From: Sarea resinae
Lineage: Eukaryota
Direction: 5' to 3'
Assembly (NCBI GenBank): GCA_026026165.1
Contig: JAPEUD010000099.1
Location: forward strand, 58,151 to 78,150
Length of the DNA: 20,000 bases
In this document: positions 1 to 10,915 of the stretch, in pieces
How positions within the stretch are numbered: the first letter of the stretch is position 1
Layout of the letters: the number at the start of each line of letters is the position of its first letter
Made by a program: the position numbers and the translations under genes
The notes under the pieces: generated by a model
What the model saw: the letters and a program-made list of their open reading frames with translations, nothing else
Told to the model about the DNA's origin: nothing
The model's database searches: none

Positions 1-829
1 CCTCGTCTGTGATCGATGGCCCTGGTGTTATTCGGCCTGACAACTGCTCACAAAAGCGTGAGCCCTCAATGTACCCTCACAAGGCTCTGAAGGTGCTCTT
101 GGATGTGACGTTCACGCACGATGCAAAAGACAAAACAGAGCAGTGAAAACATACCGTCTCATAATCCTCTCTCGACGTCGTTTAGCATTCACAAATGACC
201 AAACCACTCCCTCCTCTGACACCGCACACACATAAAATACAAAGTAGAAAAGGGAAGGGCGTGAAAGCCATGGCGAAAAATGCGTGCTCTTTCACAACCA
301 CCCCTGTTCAGGATTGTCAAGATTAGGTATGTATCATCAACACACATCGTCATTGAGTGCACAGACTACCTTACCTTAGGCACCTCCTTTAGTCACTCTT
401 AGGCGGATTCTTGAGCGCTATAGCCGCCGAGTCGAGTCAGGGTCTTGTGTCAGGGGATGGGATGTATCAAGGCACGTTCATTTTCGCTTAATTAGACGCG
501 CCATTCTCGCCAATTATCGTTGGACGTCTATGTGTTTCACAGGGTTTTTCTTTTTGGGAGCTCTACCTTGGGGGCCGTGTGTGGATAATAGGGATATAGA
601 GGGGATTTTTAAACACCTACCAGAGCAAGCTTATAGGGGGGGTAGAGTAGTACTGCTGCTGCTGCTGGTGGAGATCAAATATGTGGTGGAAGGAAGCTCC
701 TAGATAGGGGAAACAGGAGAAGAGGAGGAGGGGGAGGGCGGGGGAACTTTGTCTTGATTTCTATGGTTTGAGGGATTGGAGATTATCAGGTAGAGATCTG
801 TAGATTTATCGTTATATCTATAGGATTGT

Positions 830-860
830 AGAGAGAGAGAGAGAGAGAAAGAAAGAAAGA
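830..860. repeat. Compound microsatellite (AG)n(AAAG)n
   Basis: agagagagagagagagaga followed by aagaaagaaaga, read directly. Confidence 0.9.
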
Positions 861-1689
861 TTACATTACTCTACTCTCTCTAGCTCTTTTACTATATAAT
901 CACTTTTATTAAATAAGAATGCAGAGGTAGAATATGTAGGTAAGACTTATACTCCTTTCAGGGGCGCTGCTTTTCTGGGCTTCAGGCTTATCGACACGTT
1001 TGCATTCAGTAAGATTTATACACTGCTAGTAGACTAGACTAAAGGGAAAAAGTCTCTCGTTAACTGCTAGAAGGAAAGAGAAAATATGGGTGGAAAGGCC
1101 GTGATGGTGAAAACAAAAAGGAGGAACGTATAGCCTGACTGGAGGCTAAAGTCATGACAATAGTCTGGCAGAACTTTGCTTTTGTCGACGCGATTTGAGC
1201 CACTCGTTGCGTGTCTAGGGGGAAACGAGTGTAGTGAGAGCTGACGTATCCCGCCTGGGTGAATCAATATAATGTATTTGATCGTCTTGGCTTACAATAG
1301 GGGCATGGCTAACTTCACGACTGGAAACTCCAGGTCTCGAGATTTTCCTGTCATGTTCTGTTGGTTCTCGACCACTAGTCTGGCACAAGGCATAGGCATA
1401 TGCTACAGGCTTCACCTCAGTGTCTGGCTGATCATCTAATCACCATAAATCGACATACTCCTGGTCACACAACAGAAAACACTCGGACTGAGGTCTTTAG
1501 ATGAATGATCATGTAAGATTCGAGAGATGCATGTACAATACAGAGATATAGATTAGAGTGAGGCACGGCGGAGAAAGATATGCAGTATCCACAAAGCCCA
1601 ACCACCCTTTTTCCAGCGACAGCTTACTACAATAGTGACACCTTGAACATGGCAGACGGACGCACGAACACCTTGACAGAAACGACTCC

Positions 1690-4414
1690 CTATGTGTTCT
1701 TCCCGACAACAGTCCCATTCCCGAGTCGCACCTGAAAAGCCTGAAAATCAATAGTCCAGCCGTTGGGCAACAACGTACTCTCAGAAGACCCGTTGGCGGC
1801 GCTGAGGAAAGTACTCATACGCTCCTGCGCACTGATAGCCGTGTCAAGCTGCGAGGTCTCCTGCAATACGAATAGCGTGGCCACTCGAGCAAAATCGAGA
1901 GCTTTGTCGTTGTCGGTCAGAGACGTTGACGTGGCCGATGGGGTAGCACTTGACGATGCTGAAGTGGTGCTGGGGCCGGCGAATATGATACCGTCCGAGG
2001 TGGCGATGGGGTCATGCGACGAGGGAGCTGTGAGGGGTGGGGAGACATAGGAAGTTGTCGCAGCCGAAGCCGCTGTAGTGGAGACGTCTCTTTTATCTTG
2101 CAGAATGGTTGGTGTCGGAGTTGAAGTTTCCGAAGGTGCTGCTGCTTGAGACTCCAAGAGAGGAAGAGAGCGCGCCAGACGTGCAGACCGACCATTGATC
2201 GTGACGAGAGCGTTCTCGGAGACGCAGGAGAGATTACTCGCAGAGAAGGCGGACAGAAGTGTAGAAGAGTCAAGAGGAATACTGAAGTTCGCCTGGGCGC
2301 CTTGCAGCAGTCGTGGTAGAGCCGAGCCAACGGTAGCGTTTTGTATCTGAGACTTGCTGTCACTGACATCAGTGGTTGTGCAGCCATCTGAAGCCGGCAC
2401 GCTGCACCGAGTCCCTGTAAAGCCATTGGAGCATACGCAGCGACAAGATGTCGAGGTCAAAACACTTGTACCACCATTGGCACAAGGGAAGCTTTTCATG
2501 CATTGAGCTGCTGTAATTGTATTATCCTTGTGGTGTCGAGGGACAACAACGAGTGTCACGGGAATCACCACTGCGGCAACAATGATGAGGACCAGGATGA
2601 TCATGAAAAGGATAAATCCCCAGAGCGGCATACCACAGCATCTGCGGTGTCTGCTTCCACCATCGGAGGGAGATAGTGGAGGTGCCATCTGCGCTTGAGC
2701 GAGTCCACTAGTAGCAAATGGTGAAAACCATCGAGACATTGGCCGTGAATGACGTTCACCAGTGGGAGTTGCGAGGCCAGGAGGGGGGAAAGATGCGAGA
2801 ATATCGGAAATGGAGCCAGAACGGCGTTCATCTAGACTCTATTAGCCATCTCTGGCCCAGTATCCTCGAGGGAAACTTACTGGTAAAGGCCTTCTCGTTA
2901 CTGTCCCCGTCATAATAAAGCTGATCCAGTCGACTTGCCGGCCGACTGCGATCTAGTACAGCAGCAAGCCTTGTTGCCCTCCTGATCAGATCCGGTAGAC
3001 TCGTCAAACTACCCCTGGCTTCCGCCTCTTTGACAGCGTCAATATTAAGTCGCGGCGGCCGACGTAGATTAGTCACTCGACTGCTGAACGACAAAGGTTG
3101 AGTGCCAAATGTATTCGACATCGGGGGGTCGAGTGCTCCCCCTTTCTCAAGGCCTCCTAATATCTCAGTACGAGAATCCACTGGCAGATTAGATGTCGAT
3201 TGCCCTTTGGCGTGGGCTTGCGTTCTGGTACCGGATGATGATGTCTCGGAGGACGAAGAGGGATCGAGCAGACCAGTTCCAAGACTAAGAGCATCAGTGC
3301 TTGAAGGCTTCCCAGCTCGAGAAGCACCAAGTCCCGCGGCAATAGCACCTCCAGTCGCCCCCGCAGCTACCGCAGCACGCCCTACACTACCTTTGCTTAA
3401 ATCCGAAACGCTGGACTTGCGCGATAAGTTCTCATTGGAAGCGTTTTTCAGAGCAGAATTCTTGGCATCTTGCGAAAGTTTTTCCGAGCTTTTGATAGTG
3501 GTCAGAGACGGCTTGTGCCTCTTGCCCACACTAGCTTGTCTGACAAGGGTGCTGTCTTCGTGGTCGGCTGAAAAGGGCGATCTAGGGACTTCTCGATCCG
3601 CAGGATCATCCTCTTCGGCGAATTCTTCCGCGTATGGGCCTGAATAATACGCGGGAGGGCCGGAACCCCAGCTGGATGGAATGACATTACTCGACGCAAT
3701 TGAACCATGCCCGTGCCAACGTCGCGCTTCGGGGTTTTCTTCTGGTATAGGGGAAACGAATGAGCCTTGTGAGTAGTACGAAGAGACACCTCGCCGTGCC
3801 ACTGGAGGAGGCCGCGTATTAGGAACTCGTCGTGGCGCTTGTAGCGTGGCCGGTACAGGGAAATCGGGTATAGTTCCGACTGAAGATGCCTCCGACAATC
3901 GAGTTGAGGTTGTTGATGGCGCATAATCGGTGACTCTCTGAACTCTGTTGGTGGAGGCGTGAGAATTGTCTTGGCCATAGGTCGCCTGAGGCAGGTATTC
4001 TAAGCGTTGCGTTGGATGGAGCAGTCGTTGCGGGTCAATATACTGGTCTTGAGAGCTGACGTTCTCATCTCCAAACGGCGAAAGCGGTACCAGAGCCGGT
4101 CTTGATATGGAAGCGCCGATAGCACCTGGGTTTCCTCGCGGATTCGAATATCCCGGCCGCACCGGTTCCTGGCCAAGTCGGCCACTGTTACCCCGATCCT
4201 GATATACACGGCCATTGACATCTACTCTCACAGGGTACTGGTGACTGGACTCTGGCTGATGAAATCCCGCAGATTGAATATGCTGTGGTCCGGATCGCAT
4301 GCCATTTTGTACTCCTGCTCTTGCTCTCTTCACAGACCCTTGCTGAGCTTTCCCTCTGCTCCCACTATCATTTCCAGCATCCCTCCGTTGAGGACCTCGA
4401 GGGAACGGGTTCAT
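1690..4414 (-). CDS. Type II single-pass membrane protein (~891 aa) with a disordered cytoplasmic N-terminus and an extracellular EGF-like domain; exons 4414-2881 and 2831-1690
   Basis: The 528-aa and 349-aa ORFs join in frame through a 49-nt intron at 2880-2832 (GTAAGT...GCTAAT...CTAG), giving ...EKAFT-N-ERRSGSISDILASFPPPG... Hydrophobic span LWGFILFMIILVLIIVAAVVIPVTLVVV (2625-2542) follows RRCCG. EGF-like Cys pattern CMKSFPCANGG...CRCVCSNGFTGTRC at 2502-2404. Confidence 0.85.
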
Positions 4415-5626
4415 TTATACAACTTTCGAATATCTGACTCACGCTTGCTTCTAACGAACTTCGAGAACGAGACTTCGCGTGCAAACCCACCAACGAGATC
4501 TGTATAGTCGGCCGAGATATCTATTCCCGTGTTTGCGAAAGGGTGTTTTTGAGTAGAACAAGATTTCTGCGGCCAGCCGGCAAACGTTGATCAAAATCCA
4601 AGACAGGATGACTTTTGAATGAATAAAAACGAGAGTCTGGCTTATCAAAGCCAAATTTTCAGAAAAGTGCGATCAGCGAGCGACGAAGAAGTGAAGAGAA
4701 TCAAAGCGCGGAGGTTTTATGTCCGCTTGGCCGGAAAGGTGCTTTAGCTTTCAACAGAAGCTGTGGAGCGCTCGTTGTCCTGGCCGTTGTGGGATGGAGA
4801 GGTTAAGATGCAAGCGGGATATCATCGAGGACCGAGCGAGATGTTGCAAATGCCGGTAAAGACGGACTCGTCGGAGGTCGACAAATGAAAGTGGTTCCCT
4901 ATATTGATAGCAATGTAGAATGAAAGGTGCTTCAATGGCCAAGTCAGCTCTCGGTAATCTTCGATCTATAGCACGAATCAAAAGAGCAAGGGACATATTG
5001 GCAGATAGATGCCAGTCGAAGAGAACAATGGAACGTGGTGATGGTGAAAGGCACCCCATTTCATAATCGCAGAGACGATCGGATAGCAAAATGCGGCAGA
5101 GCAGCAGGAGGCACTTGGCTCTAGTTGTAGACCGGCAGCTTGCAGCTTCATGCCATCCTCTTCCTGGGATTTGAAGGGCAAACAGAATCCACGTACATTG
5201 GCGTCCAGCAAATCTCAATCCCGCATAGGAATCTAACTCCACGTATTCACGAAGCAGGCACGTCTCAATCGAGTCGCATTCAGTCGTCGGGTGAGGTATT
5301 CGCAATCACAATCGTCCGCTTCTCGTCTCAGATTTCGAGAGTCCTTCGCATCATACACGGCCGCAAGCCAAATCGCAGTGGAATGAACGTAAAGTCGGTA
5401 CCAACGAAGGGAGCACGACCTGTCAAAGATCGACGTTGAAGAGAGCCTCGAGCTCGGATGAAGAATATGAGGTTGAAGACGAACGGACAGTGGAAGGTCA
5501 GGAGAAGATAATTGGAAGGTAATCCAATCGCCAAGGGACGGCACAGCAGGGCTCCGATTGGGTGGTTCAGCACTGGGCTTCACTCTCACTCACTCTCACG
5601 GCAAAAAGGCAAGACAAGGAATTGCG

Positions 5627-5652
5627 GCAAAGCAGAGCAAAGCAAAGCAAAG
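5627..5652. repeat. (GCAAA)n pentamer repeat, about 5 imperfect copies
   Basis: gcaaa gcaga gcaaa gcaaa gcaaa g, read directly. Confidence 0.8.
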
Positions 5653-5743
5653 TAAAAGAAACATGGAGTACGAAGTGGTCAGAGGGGTCGAATAGATCGA
5701 ACGGGATATATCGAGTACTCCGTACTGTACCCATGGCCAGACA

Positions 5744-5774
5744 GGGCAGGGACGGGGCAGGGACAGGGCCCGGG
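5744..5774 (+). promoter_or_regulatory. Canonical G-quadruplex-forming motif
   Basis: GGG CA GGG AC GGGG CA GGG ACA GGG CCC GGG: six G-tracts with 2-3 nt loops. A regulatory role is not shown. Confidence 0.5.
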
Positions 5775-6347
5775 CAGGCCGTTTGCCAGTCTGGGGCTCG
5801 AGGCATCTCACCCTTCTCCTGTTCTTTCTTGTCTACTCCGGAGTACTACAGTACCGCAGTACTCTAGCAGCAGCTGGGTGGCATCGTAGGTAGATGCTCG
5901 GCTGGGTGATAGTAGTTTCAAGAGATAGTGCGGCCTCTCATGCGTGTAAACCATGGCGCCTTGGACGATCGAAACGCCGGCGCGGTCGAGGCGCAGCGGG
6001 CATTACTCTAGCTCTCCCTTAGCCTCAAGTGGTGACAGGCGACGCGAGAAGAGAGAGTTCAGGGTTGACAAAGAGCTGGAGACTACCAATGCCGTATCCA
6101 TGCATGTCCGCTGCTTGCATATGGATCCGTACGAAGTGCATCAATACTGCATACGGATACTGGGGCTCGACCGCATCGATACGGCATGAGGCATACAGTG
6201 TTGACTTCTAGCAACGGACAGCTGTGATATGGGAGTGAAGTACTAGGAGATCGGCCTCACAATCTGCATATCATCGTCGAAATAATGGTGGGCTTCGAGG
6301 CGAACAGGGGCGCAACCTAGCCAGAGTGAAGGCCCGAACGTGCTGTG

Positions 6348-6367
6348 TACCTACTCCGGAGTAGGTA
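6348..6367. promoter_or_regulatory. 20-bp perfect palindrome TACCTACTCCGGAGTAGGTA (core also at 5834-5845 and 7231-7246)
   Basis: Read directly; three copies of TACTCCGGAGTA lie in one intergenic region. Confidence 0.5.
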
Positions 6368-7969
6368 GTTTGTACCCCAGGTACCTACATAGTAAGGTAG
6401 GCAACTTTGCACCAGGTATGGAGAGGAACTCGACGGAGTACCCCAGCTGCAAGACATCAATTGACATGCTTGCAACTTTGCACGCAAGCTCTGCCATGTT
6501 TCGCCATGCTAGGTACTTAATCAATCGTGTCGGCTCGTTGGCGGTGCTCTTCTGTGCATGTGCGAGCCAGTGTCGCTCGTGGCAGTCAACAACCATGGGG
6601 GGAGAAGACCTGACTGGTCGTCGATGACAAGATGATCTTGACCTTTATGTTTTCCGATCTCCTCCTTCTCGAAGGCACTTCCATAGGTCTTGTGCGCTTT
6701 CAAGCCTAGCGGTCCTTCATCGTACCTTCAGTGGTTCAATACATAGTACGATCGCATACAGGGGATTGCTTGCCCACGGCATAATCACTGATTGCAGGGT
6801 CGTTGCAATTGCAGTGATTCCGCTCGCTTCCGTTTCAGATCGGCCAGCCTGCAGAGGTCGGGTGGAGGTGCGCTACGAGTGCGCCACGCTTGGAATGACA
6901 GCCGACACTACCTCTGTATTACTTCCGTTCGTATAGACTTGGTGAGGAGAGCCCGGAGTATCCGAGTAGCACTATGCTTGGCTTGCCTCGGCGTCCGCTG
7001 TCCGTTCCCCTGTTTGCAAGAAACCCCTCTACTATGTACTTCGTGGACATCCCTCTCTCGAGGGCGAGGGCGAGGGCTCTTGACAAGAACCGGCAACGAA
7101 TAGGATACTCTGTGTAGATGGATCCTCCTTTATCACAACCACAGGCACAATACAAGGCAAAACAGCTACTCTATACCTTAAATACGAGTGCCATTAAGAT
7201 CTCATTAAGAGCATCCTAGTGGGGCAGTCGTCTACTCCGGAGTAGATGTTAGGTGGCTTACTGACAATCAGCTCCGTGAGGTGCGTGCCTTATGGTAGAG
7301 AATGTCAAGTGTCTTGAACACAATGCCAGTACTTAGAGCATACGTGTGTATATGCTACAGTATGAACGAATAACAAGGTGGGTAACCTCCGGCTGTGGTT
7401 TCGATACTGAGAGCATTTGCGGTGTTTGGCCGCTTTTCTGGGCCTTTTACTCTTTCCTCAACAACAATGATACGAAATACGAGACACCGAATGCGTCTTT
7501 GATTCACGGCCTCTATTCAAATGGTGTATAAACGTGTACAGTATCCATGGATCTATCTGCTGTTGCATAAAGTAAGGTAGAACAAGGAAGCCCTGTCAGT
7601 CTCGACGGAAATCGAGCATGACTTCCCTCCAAGGTGAGTCTTGCCGTGACTGTATGATCACTGGGCTTACCTTGACAGCCTGAGATGATTCAAGCTGCAG
7701 GTGCGGCATCGAGATGTTATCGAGTGTACGGTTACAAGCCTTGGTCGGCCCTTCCTCATTCGACTGCCGAGCTTTGAAGAGGATTATGTTGTCCCATGTG
7801 ATGAAACCGCCTGCCGTCCCCAAAACTGTCTGTGCAATTGCACTTTGATAATCTCTCTTCCTTTGATATGTACTGCCCTGCGCCATCTTCCTTCATCCTT
7901 CGTGTTTCACTAGATACCGACGATTCGTCTGCTCTTCTAATAATATTCCGAGATCGATGATCGGCAATC

Positions 7970-10149
7970 ATGCCGCAAGAGCTGGAGGTGGGCCTAACCA
8001 TTCTCCCAGGATAACGCGACAGACGAAGATCACCTATCTGTCGCACAAAGATGTCCAACTGACAAACGAGACGTAGGAATCGGTCACGGATGCTGGTGGG
8101 CCCTCGACACCCAATGTTGATGCGGCTCTTGAGGACCATTCTTTGCTTCATGATGACGAGCTATACATTCGTGCGTATTCATCTCCTAATAGCACTACTT
8201 TGACTTTTCCCAGTGGTGTCTGATAAACGTTTGCATCAAAAGGAACTGCCACTACCGCGTACCCTGGTCGGTCGAGACGCACCAACGCTGTCATGGATCC
8301 GGAAAGTCCAACTCCGAATAGTAGCAGGAAGCGCGGGGCGCGGACAATGGCTCTTCGCCGTCCGATACCAAGCTCCAGCCACAGCATAAAGATGGCGAAG
8401 ATTTTTGAAGATGCCCACGAGTCGTTGCAAGCAAAAGTTCTCCCCAAGACGCCGACTGGAGGGTTCTTACCTAATACGAGACGATATCGTACGCCTTCAA
8501 AGCGAGAAGAACTAATGTATAAAGATGTTACTACAAGACAAGAGTTAGAAGTGAAGGGTAGCTCTCCACTTCTTAGGAGCTTGATGCAATCGCCATTCAA
8601 AGCAGAGACGCCGCCTGAGGTTCGCTTGGAGCAAGAATTTCCCACACCTCACCTTAACGTTGCTTCTCCACTGCCAGACATCTTTACTGACCAATCCGTG
8701 CCTGATACTAACGCACCCATGAGCATCAAAACATCAACTTCGAGATCATTGCTTACTACTCCCCAGCAGGCCAAGAGGCTTACCGGAGCGCTCGTTGGAA
8801 ATAACGGTCTTCTTGCATCCGATGAGTCGCAGTCATGGAAGGATGGGGCTTCCGATGACTTTTTAGTAACGTCTAGCTCTGGGGTGCCTCTTCCTCATCC
8901 AATGACTGAGGCCGAGTTAGAGCGTGTCTCTCCTGGAAAATCGTCTGTTGACACCTGGTTGAAGGATGTCCTTGGAATTGATTCTAGCCAACTAGAACAG
9001 ATGGGAATTGATGCAAATGTCAAGAGGGAGGTTGCCAGTAGTGGAATGCTTGCGAGCATAAGCAACGACAATTTCGAGAAAAAATCTGACACGGATGCCA
9101 CTGATAGAGGGAGACTTACTTACATCAAATCTGAATACGATTCGGATATAGATTCTGCAGTTATAGATCCTCTCGCTAGCATGACCAATTCCAACACAGC
9201 TAATAATAAAACCAAACAAGGTGACAATTGCGAAGGCAGTGGTCTTTGCGAGAAGCGACTAAGCAGCGGCAGCAACAAAGAAAACATCGAGCCTTCGCGA
9301 GCAGCCTCTCTTACCGATAGTATGGGACGCATCCGAATAAATATCGAGCAGTCGCAGATGCCAGAAACGCCTTCTCGCATGCCAATGCGGTCCGGGCGAA
9401 ATCTGTTCACTCAGAGGACGCCGGATTCTTATCAACGAGTAGGTGCCCCGCCCGCGTCTGGAACCTTCACTTTCAGTCCATCTGTGCACTACCAGCCAGG
9501 AGACGGGGCATTCAGTCCTAGACCTGCGAACTCTTATCAACCGGGGGATATGACATCAATCGTGCCTAGACACTTGTCTCGTTTTCATCACCCCGGCACT
9601 ATTCAACGCCATCATCAATCAGAGCTTGTGGCACCGAGTAATAGGTTGTTCGAGACTCCATTTCGATTTTGCCATCCCAATAATCCGGAAGGCCACCTCT
9701 CTCAACGTCCGCTCCGCAAGAAGCTTCGAGCATCTCACGAGCCTGATCACAAATCCGAGCTACCTGAGCCTACGGTCTTGGACAACGAACTTCAAGAGGA
9801 CAGCGTTGCTCCCTCCGCCTCACTCAGTCCAGACGTGGAAATCCTCCGCAAAAGTCGTCGTCCGAAACGCAATCGTCGTCCCTCATACTATGATCCGGAC
9901 TTCTTTGATCTCTCCCCAACTCCTGCGTCTCCTACTCCTGCATCCCGATCCAAAGAGGCACTTGGCGAATCTTCTGAGAATGATGACAGCACCACGAAGG
10001 GCAAGGTGAGAACGGACCTGGGGTCGTCAATAGGGGGCAAGGCGAGGATGGTGTTGGGAGAGTCGGTAGATTATGCGCTGCTCACAGTGAAAGCAGAAGC
10101 GACGGATGAGAATGATGGGTCAAAGGATGCTTTGGCGCGTAAGTCGTGA
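7970..10149 (+). CDS. Uncharacterised intrinsically disordered protein (~672 aa); proposed exons 7970-7987, 8077-8170, 8243-10149
   Basis: 618-aa ORF at 8293-10149. It extends upstream in frame through introns 7988-8076 (GTGGGC...ACTGAC...TAG) and 8171-8242 (GTGCGT...CTGAT...AAG) to an ATG in good context (ATCATGC). S/P/T/E-rich, no recognisable domain. The 5' exons are less certain than the main exon. Confidence 0.75.
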
Positions 10150-10915
10150 AAGAAGCCGGTAGCTTGCAGTTCACGGGCGTTCGAGACAGAATTTGGGGTT
10201 GACTGTGAATCGATGGCGCAGCTGACTTTTCTTTCGCGGCGTTGTTTGATTAGTTGGACCGGACTAAATGATTTGCTTGTCGCCCTCTGATTGTCTCAGA
10301 GGGATAACTCGTGCAGAGGTTATTGGAAATGCTTGTTATGGATGGAGATTGGGCTTTCGGTATGTTTATTGGCTACCTTGATAGGTCGATCTGTAGTCCT
10401 GTCTACATCTTCGATCCGCTCGCTCATTTTGTAATCAGAGGGAAACACACTCGGCCAGCAATTCACTCTTTCTCTTGTGCCTCTCAACTGTTAACGTCAA
10501 AAAGGCACCTGGAATTAGCTTGACTAATTCGTCGAATTTGCTGCTCGTGCACATTCTGGGAAATGATAGATGCACGTTTCGCCCCTGGGGGCTCCCTACC
10601 TATCACGATCACGGATGGATGAGACGCGACCACAAAATAAGGTACGGAGTATCTTCGTTCCGGGGCTTTGGGCACTCCATCATCGCTTATCCCCGCCCTT
10701 ACACCCGTAAATCCGATGACTAGTGCCATGTACTTCGTACTCATTACTACTCCGAGTAGACTTCCAATCGTACTACTCTCTACCGCAGTACCTTGGGTAT
10801 CGATAGAGATGTCGCTTGTCCGGCACACCATACCATCATAACTTCCGTACCTCACCTACACCTTCAGTTCCCCATAATCAGAATCCCCGTTGAGCCTGAC
10901 GGGTTACACTTCTTC

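Noticed and set aside
1..272. Possible first exons of a minus-strand gene (GCCATGG near 270; GTATGT donor near 154)
   Set aside because: Splice-like signals exist, but I could not build a convincing open spliced frame within the window.
4751..7913. Numerous 60-184 aa ORFs in the divergent intergenic region
   Set aside because: They overlap on both strands, mostly use alternative starts, and show no domain or consistent splice structure.
10809..10841. 10-codon uORF upstream of WDR23
   Set aside because: It may lie upstream of the TSS, and nothing distinguishes it from chance.
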